The notes under the pieces: generated by a model
Database searches by the model: none
Seen by the model: only the letters and a program-made list of their open reading frames with translations
What the model was told of the DNA's origin: nothing
Program-made: the position numbers and the translations under genes
DNA from: Vairimorpha necatrix
Lineage: Eukaryota
Length of the DNA stretch: 64,000 bases
Assembly (NCBI GenBank): GCA_036630325.1
Contig: CP142728.1
Coordinates: forward strand, 372,001 to 436,000
Direction of reading: 5' to 3'
In this document: positions 24,716 to 36,557 of the stretch, one piece after another
How the letters are laid out: each line of letters starts with the position of its first letter
Numbering within the stretch: the stretch's first letter is position 1

Positions 24716-24884
24716 CACTGTAACTTGGGATTTAATTTCTTTGGAATTATAAACTTATTCAAGGGCCTCGTTCTCGATATTTTATATGTATCCATCGAGA
24801 TGTCCTTAAGCATTTCTGGCTAAAAAATCGCTTAAATTTATTTTATGCATTTTCCTATAAATTTTTTTCTTTTTTTTTTATGCC

Positions 24885-25619
24885 ATGGAGAAAAATCTGA
24901 TAATTTCAAACGACGAAAATTTGAAAATTACAAATTTCAAAAATGCCAAAAGGATTCTCATAAACAATCTTGACATAAAAAACTACTCTTCTCTACAAGA
25001 CTGTATTTATGATTTATACGGCACACCACTTTACAATGCCATAGATAAATGTCATTTACGAAGAATTCTTTATGGATATTTTAAGAATCGTGAATTTATA
25101 AGAAAGACCAAATTAGTCAATCAATTAGATGATAATATAAAATCATACAATGAATTCATAACTAAATCTCATATTATTAATAATAATAATATTAATAATA
25201 TTAATAATAATAATAATATGTTAGATTTATATGAATTTTATGTTTACAATAGAAGTAGAAATTTCCCAAAATTATCTTTTAAAGATATTCCAGATGATAT
25301 CTCAATTGAATATTATTATTTCTTACTAAAACAATATGACCCAGATAATTTAAAAGAAGTCTGTCTTGAGTTTTATTTTTTTATTTGTGATTTGTATTAT
25401 GAAGATAAGATTTATTATAAAATGGATTATAAAGATCTTCTGCCATTAGTCAGAGATTTAAAATGTTTTAATATTTTAGAAGGGACTCGTATGAGTCCCG
25501 AGAATATTTATTATTGCTTTATAGACAAGTTAGAAGAAAGATTTAGTAAATTTGTAAGTGAACATGACAAGAGAAGTATAGAGAGATATGAAGAGACCAA
25601 AGAAGAAGGCGAAATATAA
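24885..25619 (+). CDS. Hypothetical protein with poly-Asn tract
   Basis: 244-aa ORF with a T-tract and GCC-ATG start context, and an internal (AAT)n run at ~25176-25218. Confidence 0.65.
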   Translation: MEKNLIISNDENLKITNFKNAKRILINNLDIKNYSSLQDCIYDLYGTPLYNAIDKCHLRRILYGYFKNREFIRKTKLVNQLDDNIKSYNEFITKSHIINNNNINNINNNNNMLDLYEFYVYNRSRNFPKLSFKDIPDDISIEYYYFLLKQYDPDNLKEVCLEFYFFICDLYYEDKIYYKMDYKDLLPLVRDLKCFNILEGTRMSPENIYYCFIDKLEERFSKFVSEHDKRSIERYEETKEEGEI

Positions 25620-25699
25620 ACTTATAAATATATTTACATATATTACAGATTTTAAATAAGATCAAGAAAACACCCACTTCGTTTTTAAAACGGGAAAGC

Positions 25700-25835
25700 A
25701 TACGCTAGTAATTTATTTCGACTATGATAGTATTATACGCTAGTCGCAAGATAATCAAATCTTTTAACTTCGGGGTTATTATACGCTAGTACTTTATTTT
25801 GACTATGGGAGTATTATACGCTAGTAATTTATTTC
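25700..25835. repeat. Four copies of (TATT)ATACGCTAGT upstream of the HDAC gene
   Basis: The core ATACGCTAGT occurs at ~25700, 25734, 25781 and 25816. Units 1 and 3 also share TTTATTT.GACTATG..AG. Confidence 0.85.
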
Positions 25836-25852
25836 TTTTTTATTTTCACCCC

Positions 25853-26884
25853 ATGAAAATTGGTTATTTATACGATGACACTGTCGGCCTTTACCACTAC
25901 GGCCCAAAGCACCCAATGAAGCCTTTCAGAATTATGGTCACCCACTCACTGGTCAAATCTCTGGGCCTAGACAAAAAGATGACTATCATTAAACCCCAAG
26001 TAGAAGATCTTACTTACCACTCAAGAGACTATTTTAATAGTCTAGGGGAGACTGAGACATCAGACTGCCCTTCTTTTGAAGGCTTAAAAGACTTCTGTGT
26101 GAAATATTCCTCTGCCTCTATAAATGCCGCGAGATATATTAATAATAAAGATTTTGATATAGTCATAAATTGGGCAGGGGGTCTTCACCATGCTCATTTA
26201 CTTGAGCCTAGTGGGTTTTGTTATGTCAATGATATTGTCATGTCTATCTTGGAGTTACTTAAAGTTCATCAGAGGGTCATGTACATAGACATAGATGTAC
26301 ACCACGGGGACGGGGTAGAAGACGCCTTTCTTCTGGAGGACAGAGTCCTGACTCTGTCCTTCCACAAATTCGGGAATGGCTTCTTCCCAGAGACGGGGTC
26401 TCTTATTACTACTAATCATAAGGCAGTAAATGTCCCTCTTCTCTCTGGTATTACTGATGAATCTTATCAGTATGTCTTTGAGCCCATAGTAGACGAGTGT
26501 ATTAAGAAGTTCAGGCCTGATGTCTTGGTCATGCAGTGTGGGGCTGATTCCTTGGGGGCTGATCGACTTGGTATGTTTAATCTGTCGATATATGGCCATG
26601 CCTCATGTATTAGGTTTATTAAGACTTATAATTTACCACTAATAATACTAGGCGGAGGAGGATATACCCTGTGTAATGTGGCGAGATGTTGGGCTTATGA
26701 GACCAGTGTCTTGTGTAATGAAGATATTCCTGATGAGATACCAGAAGATAATCCTTTTTATTCATATTTTAGTCCAGAGTATAAATTTAACCCTAAGTTT
26801 AAGACTAAGTTTAATGATAAAAATGATAAAGAATATTTAGACAGTATTTCTGAATTTATATGTGAGCGTATAAACAAGTACTAG
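25853..26884 (+). CDS. RPD3: Class I histone deacetylase
   Basis: HPMKPFRI, DCP, INWAGGLHHA, SGFCYVND, YIDIDVHHGDGVE, QCGADSLGADRLG and GGGGYT motifs. The ATG at 25853 follows CACCCC. Confidence 0.96.
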   Translation: MKIGYLYDDTVGLYHYGPKHPMKPFRIMVTHSLVKSLGLDKKMTIIKPQVEDLTYHSRDYFNSLGETETSDCPSFEGLKDFCVKYSSASINAARYINNKDFDIVINWAGGLHHAHLLEPSGFCYVNDIVMSILELLKVHQRVMYIDIDVHHGDGVEDAFLLEDRVLTLSFHKFGNGFFPETGSLITTNHKAVNVPLLSGITDESYQYVFEPIVDECIKKFRPDVLVMQCGADSLGADRLGMFNLSIYGHASCIRFIKTYNLPLIILGGGGYTLCNVARCWAYETSVLCNEDIPDEIPEDNPFYSYFSPEYKFNPKFKTKFNDKNDKEYLDSISEFICERINKY

Positions 26885-27020
26885 TTTAAGATATAAAAGA
26901 ATTATATAAAGAATATTATATATAAAGAATATTGTATTGTAATAGTATAGTATAAGTACTAGCTTAAGATATATAAGAATTATATAAAGAAAATTAAATA
27001 TTATATAAAGAATATTGTAA
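26878..27020. repeat. AT-rich direct repeats between convergent genes
   Basis: AAGTACTAG.TTAAGATATA.AAGAATTATATAAAGAA occurs at ~26876 and ~26954, with several TATATAAAGAATATT subrepeats. Confidence 0.65.
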
Positions 27021-27056
27021 TAATATTATATAGATATATATATTTTTGAAATATAT

Positions 27057-27518
27057 CTAGATTGCTTGTTTAAGTGTCAGTACTGGTATACCTAGTTCTT
27101 CTACTAATAATGTCCCATTGGTCTTACTAAATATCCTCTCAAATATATTCCTCTTCTTGGGTAGAAATACTATAATCAAATCTGTCTTCAATTGTGACAC
27201 ACACTTAGTAATCTTGTACTTCTCATCTCCCAGTAATATTAATTTAATCACCTCGGCCTTCTTATTATTGATCTTTACAGCGAACTCAAGGCTCTTTAAA
27301 AGGGCTATAATATTCCGCCTTTCTATTCCCTTTTTAGAATTCAGGGAATTTATAGAGGCGCATATTGTCTGGGGGTCATTTATAGGGAACCATCTCTGTG
27401 TCTCTATGTAGATCAAGACTACTTTGTCAGCAGACATGATTAATTCCCACTCTGGAGTATTTCTATTATGAGAGAAGTCTTGGTTGATATTGTCAATAAT
27501 AATAGTAACAGATTTCAT
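27057..27518 (-). CDS. Universal-stress-protein-like fold protein (tentative)
   Basis: 153 aa with CCCT-ATG context. The USP-like pattern includes an N-terminal beta strand plus D, GD....I, DLIIV, and IFS......LV.....PVL.L. Confidence 0.5.
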   Translation of the reverse strand: MKSVTIIIDNINQDFSHNRNTPEWELIMSADKVVLIYIETQRWFPINDPQTICASINSLNSKKGIERRNIIALLKSLEFAVKINNKKAEVIKLILLGDEKYKITKCVSQLKTDLIIVFLPKKRNIFERIFSKTNGTLLVEELGIPVLTLKQAI

Positions 27519-27651
27519 AGGGTAAAAAGAGAGGGGAATTAATATTAAAGAAGATCTCCTTTATAATAAAGGAGTATGATATAGAAAATAAATTATAGAT
27601 TTATAATTAAAATTTATTTAAATATTTTGGGCTGTATTTGCCTCATTTGAA

Positions 27652-27778
27652 AGACCCTTTAAAATAAATAGACCCTTTAAATTTAAAAAGCCTTTTAAAG
27701 GGGCCTCCTTTAAAATGAATAGACCCTTAAAATGAATAGACCCCTTTAAAATATAAAAACCCTTTAAAAGGGTCTAGT
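27652..27778. repeat. Cluster of direct and inverted (AGA)CCCTTTAAA motifs
   Basis: About seven CCCTTTAAAA-like units, with inverted TTTAAAGGG and TTTAAAAGGGTCT copies. Confidence 0.8.
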
Positions 27779-27791
27779 CTTTTATTTCTCC

Positions 27792-28562
27792 TTAGTTGGC
27801 CCTACGCTTGTCTATGGAGTCCTTGTAGGGTGGATTTATGGGCTGAGTGAGGGGCTTAAGTGTCATTTTCTCCACTAAATTTCTAGTCATGTCACTATCT
27901 GGTCCATCTCCACACCCAATAACTTCGAAATCTTCTACAGGAAAGCAGTCTCGTTGATGTTCATATTTCCCTTTACAATATATAAAACACTCTATAGAAT
28001 TGTGTCTACTGGCCTTAGGCTTTAATACTCTTACTTCTTCATAATGCTTCTTAAACATACTCACTACATATTTAGTATATTTCCCTCTAAATATCTTGCC
28101 TATAAAACTCCCACCTATTTTACTAATCTTTAAAGATATTTCTAGTGCTTTAGAAACAAGTTGGTACTGGAAATATTCATCCACGTCGTGGATGCCTGTC
28201 ATGTCGGGCGCCCCGTCACACAAACAGAGATCGACTTTCTCGTCTCCGAAATAGGCCAGAATTTTATCCACACAAGATTGTGTAGTAATATCTTCTTTAA
28301 GAATAAAGACATCTTCTATTGGCTCTATGTCTTGTAAATCGACAGTGACAATCTTCAACTTATTATTTCTTAATTTGTTCTGTTGACAATATTGAGACCA
28401 AGAGCCTGGGGCTCCACATAAATCAACTATATTTGATATATTGGAGAATATATCATAAGAGTCGTCTATGTGCTTCAATTTTTAGACACTTCTTGCTCTG
28501 TAGCCATTTTCTTTACTTAATTTGTAGTAAATGTCACTTTTGTCTTTACTCCGAGTCCCCAT
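27792..28562 (-). pseudogene. TRM7: tRNA (C32/N34)-2'-O-methyltransferase TRM7/FTSJ1, interrupted by one in-frame TAA
   Basis: From the ATG at 28562 the frame reads MGTRSKDKSDIYYKLSKENGYRARSV*KLKHID...VDLCGAPGSWSQ...CDGAPDMTGIHDVDEY...KIFRG...KPKASR..SIECF...PINPPY. The TAA is at 28482-28484. Identity is confident; pseudogene status is uncertain. Confidence 0.7.
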
Positions 28563-29110
28563 AGAAAAAAAGGGGGACAATAAGTATTATCTTAGTTCGG
28601 AAAAGAACTTTTTTTTAATTTTTTACCCTTCTCATGTTCTAAATAACTTCAGTCTATTTAGTATATTGATAATATCAAATCCAGATTTAAAAAATTGAAA
28701 TTATAAGTGCGTATCTTTATGTTAATGCATTTTTAAAAAATTCTTATTTTTGAAAAACTTAGTTCCTAAATATCGCAAGAATTTGGGGTTGAAATTTATG
28801 TAACCCTTCCACATAATAAAATACATTTAAGCATCGAAAAATTATGAACAGAGTCTAAAAAATTTAACATAAAAAACATATATAAGTTATCCCATTTTTT
28901 GTTCAAATTTTTCTCGACTGAAATTTATACTACTTTAAATTGCGAATCGCACCTTTTCTTATGTAATTGAAAATGATCTATCAAACTGCATCGCGCTATT
29001 TGCTAGATATTTTTTAAACTGTGAAATACATTCGCTAATATTATTTTGTGTTTATATTATGCAATTTACTATTTATGTTTTGATTTCAAAATACTTGCTT
29101 TTTTGACCCC

Positions 29111-29350
29111 ATGTTCGGCCTTTTTACTATGTTTTATGGCTTCATTTTACTGGCAAATTCTGTGGTCATTTTGGATGACAAAAGATTTCTCAGTAAAATC
29201 GGCCTGCCTTTAGGTCAGGAAAACAGGAGTCTCTTGGGCGAGAAAAGGCAGAAAGTGGTGGATATGATTAATGGAATAAGGACAGTATTAAGAATACCAC
29301 TTATTATAGTGAATATAATATGTATAATATATGAATTACTACTTGGATAA
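29111..29350 (+). CDS. YOS1: Yos1/IER3IP1-like ER-Golgi membrane protein
   Basis: 79 aa with LLANSVVIL...RFLSKIG and IRTVLRIPLIIVN...YELLLG. The start context is GACCCC-ATG. Confidence 0.88.
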   Translation: MFGLFTMFYGFILLANSVVILDDKRFLSKIGLPLGQENRSLLGEKRQKVVDMINGIRTVLRIPLIIVNIICIIYELLLG

Positions 29351-29492
29351 AATAAATCTCTAAATAAAAAATATTATAGCATTTATTATACAATATAATT
29401 TAAACACGGACATTTGTTTCTAAAATATCGATAATTTACTATTGCACAAATACATGGCCTCAGTAGACTTTAGCCAAATACATTACGGTAAT

Positions 29493-30803
29493 TCAATTTA
29501 ATATGTTTATTGTTTGAAGATCCTCGGTCTCATTGTTAAATGAAAAATGCATAATCTTTTTATATCCATGTTCTTCTTTTAATTTCTTACCTATTTCTTC
29601 TACAGATTCCTCAGATTTCTGTAGCGGAATAATTCCTCTGTACAAATTTATAATTGAGAGAAATCTCCGATCTTCAGAAATTACATAAATATTTACTCCC
29701 AGTCTTTTATTATACAGTGACTTAATAATACTGTGACTACTAGTCTCAAGTATAATACAAGAATCAATTTGATTTATAAACGGGCACTTACTACATTTCT
29801 TTTTAGAGGCATGCTCTTCGGCATTTCTGATAATATTCTGCATAAATGCAGTGCATAAATATGGGAAATCCCCGACTGCTGTCTCTCCACTAAGCATTAA
29901 TGAGTCATACTCGTCTAATACTGCATTTCCTATGTCACTTATCTCTGATCTTAAAGGTATAGTACTAGTAGTCATACTCTCCAACATTTGTGTAGCACAA
30001 ATTACCGGCCTAAACTTCTCTCTACACTTCTTTACTAATGTTTTCATAACACCAAACATCTCAACAAACCCTGTCTCTACTCCCAAATCTCCTCTGGCTA
30101 CCATAATCCCATCAGAATTATCAATTATATCATCAATATTCTCTACACCTTTAATAGCTTCTATCTTCGAATACACTGGTATATCACCACATAACTCTTT
30201 AATCTTTAATACATCTTCTTTATTTAATATAAAAGAACCAAATATCACATCTACTTGATTTCTAACACCAAATAAAATATCTTCTTTATCTATATCAATT
30301 AATCCCGAATTTTTAAATTTTATACCTGGAAAATTTACCTTTTTATTATTCTTTAACCTGTGACTATTTAACGCTTTAGCTTTTATATAATTAGTACTAA
30401 CTTCTAAAATCTCTAGACTTAGAAATCCATCATCCAAAAAAAATTTCATACCTTTGTTCAAAATATTAAAATCTTCTATAGGTATAAAAATATCTTCTGT
30501 ATCTTTTTTATTTGTAAATAATATAATATCATTGTCTTTGACATTCATTTCTGAAGATTTCGTAAGATTTATACGGAACTCTTGACCTTTTGTGTCAAGA
30601 CAAATGGTAATTATAGTATTGGTTTTTTGACTGGCTTGCCTTAAATTGTCAATTAGAAGTTTGTGCTCTTGTTCTGTGCCATGTGAAAAATTCATACGGA
30701 AGATTGTTATGCCTTGGTTAATGAAAGATACAAGAGCCGGGATGTTATTGAGTTTTGGACTGAGAGTTATGATAATTTTTGTTAGATTGGGGATTTTGTT
30801 CAT
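29493..30803 (-). CDS. PYK1: Pyruvate kinase
   Basis: TKII.T, RMNFSHG, LDTKG, LDDG, SKIE, DGIMVARGDLGVE, ATQMLESM and MLSGETAVG motifs. The first in-frame ATG is at 30803. Confidence 0.96.
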   Translation of the reverse strand: MNKIPNLTKIIITLSPKLNNIPALVSFINQGITIFRMNFSHGTEQEHKLLIDNLRQASQKTNTIITICLDTKGQEFRINLTKSSEMNVKDNDIILFTNKKDTEDIFIPIEDFNILNKGMKFFLDDGFLSLEILEVSTNYIKAKALNSHRLKNNKKVNFPGIKFKNSGLIDIDKEDILFGVRNQVDVIFGSFILNKEDVLKIKELCGDIPVYSKIEAIKGVENIDDIIDNSDGIMVARGDLGVETGFVEMFGVMKTLVKKCREKFRPVICATQMLESMTTSTIPLRSEISDIGNAVLDEYDSLMLSGETAVGDFPYLCTAFMQNIIRNAEEHASKKKCSKCPFINQIDSCIILETSSHSIIKSLYNKRLGVNIYVISEDRRFLSIINLYRGIIPLQKSEESVEEIGKKLKEEHGYKKIMHFSFNNETEDLQTINILN

Positions 30804-32913
30804 TAAGATATGAGTCAAGTTTGTTTATAAACATAGAAAAATGAAGAGACCAATGATAAACTTATTTGTCTATTATATTCATTGGTGATTGTGTAATCAA
30901 ATAAATTTGACAAATAAGATAATCTATAGTATCATTAAAAAATATACTAGATTGACAAATGAGATCTTTTTAATAATATTTCAGATAGACAATAAAAAAT
31001 TTTAAGGTAATAAATGCAAATAAAAACCAGACATTTAATAATTTTTTTATCAATTAAGTAAGTGGGTTGATACAATATGATTTGTTAAAGTCGTGATGTT
31101 TAATTGCTATGGGAATAGAGTTGCTACCTAAGTATTTTAATTGTCTTGGAATAGTTTTTTTCTCTTTTTGTAAAAATCTACTAATAGCATATTATATATC
31201 AACTGTGTCTGCAAAATTTGAAACGTTTTGATGCATTAGCATATAATTTTATGAAGTACAGATGTCAAGTATATCATGATCAAACGTCATAAGATTTGAC
31301 ATGTGCATCTTTAATTTTTAAATAACAAATACTAATATGTTAATCCCGAACAAAAAAAATTTTTACCTATAGCTATAAGGTAAATTTTCTTCAAGTTTAA
31401 CCTTTTGCAAGAAGATTTGAAGTTTAGATATCTATGGGTCACGTTGTAATGTGATTTAATGTTAAGTACTTTGCAAATATTAATGTGTAAAAAATTTTGC
31501 CTACAATTTTCTACTTTTTTTTTAAAAAATTTTATAAAATTGGTCAATCATACATGACTTTTTATAAAATATAAAAAAATGTGAATTGCCTCTTTTCTTT
31601 TTACTTTTACGCATGCTTTTTTTTAGTCTTTTTATTCTGTATATTCTAATTTATACACTAATTTACATTTTTTTTTTGCTCTATTCTCTTGAATATTCTA
31701 TTGATATATTGGACTCTAACTTGCATTGTAAAAAAATTCAGATCTACTAAACACATCTGGAGTTTTTTAGCTTATTTAGAAAATGTATAGATCATAAAGT
31801 CGTCTTTAACTTATATATGGGACAATCTCCGAGTCAGATAAATATGTATTAATAAAACATAAGCATACAATACTTATTAGAAAGAAGTTAGATAAAAACT
31901 CGCACGCCAAATAATAACAAATATTACAAAACAACAAGGACTATAGTATTCGTTTTCGTGATTTCTGAACAAACCACAAAGATATACGTTAAATACAAGT
32001 CTAGGAAAATCAACTTATATTATCATTAATCACCATAGACATACTATAACTTAATAAGCCCGGATAGCATAATCAAAGCATAAGTTTATTTAAAAACGAA
32101 AATTATCTCTGGAAATACTATCTCTGATGATTAAAAATTGTAAAGGGAGTTTTCGAAGGATTGCATTTTACAAAGATCACTAAAGATATTAATTGCCAGT
32201 TACTTATCGCTTTGTTTATGAATTTATTACAATGAATTTTATATCACAAATATTTTTTACAGAATTATTCTTCATTTATAATTAAAAATAATCAAATGAA
32301 GATGACTCGAATAAAAATTTAATGATTTGTTTATACCCGTACAAAAATTATTGGTTGAAAAAACAATATAACCTTATAATGTAATTTGTCATTGTAAATG
32401 TGAATATCATCAAAAACAATATGATCTAAATAAAAAAGCTTTTATTCAAAGTTTATATCTAACGTAATTAGACATGTTATGCAAAAATTTTTAATATCAA
32501 TAAAAGTGCAAGTTTTTTTTATTGGATTTTAAAAACATTTAATTGGAATAAAACATGATATAAAGACATAACATAGCAAATTGTGGTATATTTCGTGAAC
32601 GAGGCATCATTATATGGTGTCATTTATGTCTTACGCAACAAGTTCTTTGGTTCTAAATTTATCTTATACCCTTACTAAATTACTTAGGTCTAACAAAATG
32701 GACCTACGAATGCTTTCACTGTACAAAAGTCTAAATATAGACTTGTTATGTCTCTTTACATAATTATTTGAAGCAAGAACTGACTTATATTTTAAAAATA
32801 ATTAGCGCGCATGGTCTAAATCTTTTTTACTTTATAACACAAAATAAAAATGATACATTGAACATGTAAATTTGCCAGTAAAATATATATATAAATTTAC
32901 TGATAATAATTCT

Positions 32914-33432
32914 TTATTTTTTAAACACTAATGACATCATGCTCGATATTCCATGTGTTCCTCCAGGAATAAAAGTCAAAGCAAATACAATGAAAGAACT
33001 TATTTGCACTAAGCAGAAGAAGAAATTAATAAAATAATGTCCCATAGTCAATGTAGAATATATCGTAGTTATTGTACTTAAGATGAAGAAAGAGGTGTAC
33101 ATTCTCTTTTTCTCAGAGAATAAATTTGAGAGATAAGACCGGAAGCCCAAGATAAACCCAAACATAAAAAAGAATATGAAATTTGACAGAGCATAAGGAA
33201 AAGCGAATGACGCAGGATAAAACACAGCAGCAGGGACTTTCATCATGGCATATAAGAAAGAAAGGAGACCAATAGCAAAGAACACGACGAAGGCCATAAC
33301 TCTCTGCATGAGAGTGAGACCAAAGTACTCAAGATCGTATTCCTTTTGCTTAAAGATTTGTTCATATCTTGGTGGTATTGTAAAGAATATTTGTTTCTCT
33401 TTGATTTTTAATGCTTCTTGTAATGGATCCAT
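32914..33432 (-). CDS. SFT2: Got1/Sft2-family vesicle transport protein
   Basis: FGLT..QR...F, four hydrophobic segments and the C-terminal TFIPGG..GI motif. Confidence 0.82.
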   Translation of the reverse strand: MDPLQEALKIKEKQIFFTIPPRYEQIFKQKEYDLEYFGLTLMQRVMAFVVFFAIGLLSFLYAMMKVPAAVFYPASFAFPYALSNFIFFFMFGFILGFRSYLSNLFSEKKRMYTSFFILSTITTIYSTLTMGHYFINFFFCLVQISSFIVFALTFIPGGTHGISSMMSLVFKK

Positions 33433-35634
33433 TTTTATGCCCTTGTTTATTTTTTTTTATTTTTATTCAAAAAAAGGAGAAATTTGTTTTAACTAAAAAA
33501 CAAAGTAAATAAATTACTCCTTTAAATAAAAACAGTATATTAATATTTAAAAAAGGAGAACATATAAAGTTAAGATATATAAACATGCACACATTAAGTG
33601 CATGATATATTACATTTTGAATTAATATAAAAAAACATCATTTTTATCTTTGTTTTGAAACATAGTAAAACTGTTCTTTTGCTAATTTAAAACTTAAAGT
33701 TTCAAAATGTGAAGCTTAGAAATGTAAAATGTGCTTTCAAAATATTTTTTAAGTGCCAAATTTTATTATGGTAAATTGCATGTTATTATATTTAAAATTG
33801 TCTAAAAACTCAACGAGACAAATTTCAAAGATTTTTGAGTCATGTTTTTTTTGTAAACCTCTTTTCTCTTTCAGGGGTAAAAAAATAAAAAATGAATAAA
33901 GGAGAAGATAAAATTTGAAAGCAACTAAAATTTAATTCATATCAAGAAGATTTAAATAGACTTCAAATGCTCATTCATCAGCATATTTAACATTTATTGT
34001 TTTTTATTTTTATTGAAAATTTATAAAAAAAAAACGTCTTAAAAATAATGAATCGATGGATTAGAATGAAATCAGATTAATGATAAAACAAATGCTTCAT
34101 TAATACGTACTACGAAGTCGTAAAAGAAAAAATAAAATTTAACATGTAATATATACAAAATTCGAGTCATGTTTAATTTTTTTCATTAGAGTCTAAATTT
34201 TTTTTCTATGTGCAAAACTGCAAATATGTGATTCTTAGTTGTACTAGAAAATTTTAACCTAAATATTTTTGAAGTTAAATTTATGTAAAAAAGTACAAAA
34301 AAATGATATTAAATAATTCATCACAGTTTAAAGAGCAAAATAATCTATTCTTATTCGAAAATACAATACAAAAAAAATGGCTAAAATCCATTCAAAATTA
34401 CATTAATACATGAAAACTAAATATTTATGATCTATTGCTAAGTACAATATATAAAATTATTTCTATTTGCATTATTTTATACTCTTTATTGTACTTTTTA
34501 TTTATCTAGACTTATGTATGTTTAATAAAAAAATTTTTATTTTAGCTCAGTATAAAAAGTAATCACACTTGTTTATAACTAGAATTATGTTTATAAGATA
34601 TTGTAGTTTAGTGTCGGAATCAGTGGTGTTTACAAGCCCAACTATACGTATATTATGTTATCGAGATAAAAAACATAGGACTTATAATGCGATGCATTCA
34701 TTTAACCACACAATATGATATTTTTATTTGTTTGTATTAAAACGTAAAATTACAATTTGAATGTTTTTTCCTCGCAAAATATTCAATCATAATCTATCAA
34801 TGCTTTCACAGTTCCACATTTTTTAAAGATCGGAAGTAAAATGTACTTTGACAATTCTATGCAATTTATATTTGGCTACACACAGATCTATTCTATAATC
34901 TTGATAATTAATTCGTCAAAAATGAGACATTCACAAATTTATGCCACCTTAGCACAAAGCAGCGATTTATAAAAAATTTTTATGATATATACCTAGGTAT
35001 AAGAACCTTCAAAACAAAAGTTTGCAAACTCCTACTGTAGATTTTCTTCAGGCCCTAAAAAATTTAATGAATAAATTATGTTTTTAGTCGGATTTTCACA
35101 CACAAATTGCCATCAAGACGTAGTCATCATTATTGAACTACTATTTTTTAATTTTTTCTAAAACTTTTTGTTCTTTAAAAATATATTATTTTTGACAACA
35201 TTAGATTTAAAAATTTACAAAAATTAATTGTATATCAGAATCAAATGATTGAAATATTTATTTTTTTTATAATGTGAGTTAAAAATTGTAATAGCATTTT
35301 TTGGTGCATTCTTATTTTTTTCCGATCATTAGAGGAGTAACTAATGGCATCCCCGACCCGCTTAATATTTATCTAATATATTTATTCTGCATAATTTTAC
35401 ATCTCTAGGCTCGTATATTATCAAGCTTTCTAGTGTCATTTTATAGATCGGATCGCAGAATCATATACAAAATACTTTTCAATATAAATATCACAAGATA
35501 TGCTTGTAAAAAATATATCAATATAGTGTATGTTTTATCTAAGAATATTGTAAAAGGCGTCGTAAATATAATGAAAATTTTTTGTTAAATTTTATGCAAA
35601 TTAAGATAAAATTTTTTATTCTACTATTCATATC

Positions 35635-36537
35635 TTAATCTACGCCTTCAAGTAATAAAGTAGCAATCTCACAACATTTTCTTAATGATTCCAATTCTTG
35701 ATATAAATCGTATAATTTACCATAAATTTCGCGTAATAATTCTTTTTCGTCGTTTGTTAACATATTCACTTGTGCTTTATCTAAATATATTTCAAAACGT
35801 TTAAATTTTCCCAGTATATTAAACTCATAAAACAAGATATTTAATCTTTTGGGTATATTCTTAAATATATAAATATATTCAGCGATTGAATATGGAGTAT
35901 TTTTTATATGAGGAGGCATTTTTCTTATATAGTCGAAGCAATAAACAAAAAATTGCAATTTTTCATTAAACATTTTTTTTAACTTATCGTCTAGCGAACT
36001 TTTTGCGAAAAGATGTTTTATTTTATCTAATTGCGTTTTCATGCCAAAACTAAAACTGTTGAAAATTCTTTTTATTTGATTTTCAACATTCTTGAAATCT
36101 ATTTCTTTATCTGTATTTGATAGTGGATGAATGATAGCTTTCCCGATTAATTCTTTACTATCTTCTTCCTTCCACGCTTCAATTTTATTTTGTATAATTT
36201 CTAATGTCATTTTATCAATTGTATCTTTAATCTTAAAAAATTCCTCAAGCCGCGTATTTGGATTCTCGCTTAAGTTGTATGCAAATGATGTAGAATCAGC
36301 ATTATATTGCAAATTTTCTGTTCTATTTATATATCTTTTTGTCGTTTTTAGTCTTGTTGAAAATGGTTGAGCAATTTCCAATCTTTTTTTCTTTTTTAAT
36401 ACAAAATTTTTATCGTCTATATTTGAGTTTATCTCATTTTGAATGTTTTGTGATAAAACATTAGATTGCAATGTATTTGATTCGTATGATTGATTTATAT
36501 TTTCAATACATACTATTAGATAAAAATATATAAACAT
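35635..36537 (-). CDS. Paralog 1 of an unnamed SP+NLS helical protein family
   Basis: The ATG at 36537 follows CCCATT. Motifs MFIYFYLIVC, LKKKKR, W..ED, FFVYCFDYIRKMPPH, IPKRLNIL and LTNDEK are shared with the other paralogs. Confidence 0.85.
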   Translation of the reverse strand: MFIYFYLIVCIENINQSYESNTLQSNVLSQNIQNEINSNIDDKNFVLKKKKRLEIAQPFSTRLKTTKRYINRTENLQYNADSTSFAYNLSENPNTRLEEFFKIKDTIDKMTLEIIQNKIEAWKEEDSKELIGKAIIHPLSNTDKEIDFKNVENQIKRIFNSFSFGMKTQLDKIKHLFAKSSLDDKLKKMFNEKLQFFVYCFDYIRKMPPHIKNTPYSIAEYIYIFKNIPKRLNILFYEFNILGKFKRFEIYLDKAQVNMLTNDEKELLREIYGKLYDLYQELESLRKCCEIATLLLEGVD

Positions 36538-36557
36538 AATGGGATTATTAAAAAAAA

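Noticed and set aside
25700..25835. CRISPR-like repeat-spacer array
   Set aside because: The repeat is only ~14 bp, the spacers resemble each other, there are no cas genes, and the context is eukaryotic.
30745..30834. Out-of-frame upstream ATG (30834) overlapping the pyruvate kinase start, as a possible intron or frameshift
   Set aside because: No splice signals were seen, and the in-frame ATG at 30803 already precedes the first conserved TKII motif.
31890..32140. Third Merlin remnant (ISPDSII-like fragment)
   Set aside because: Too degenerate: no TIRs or catalytic motifs can be identified.
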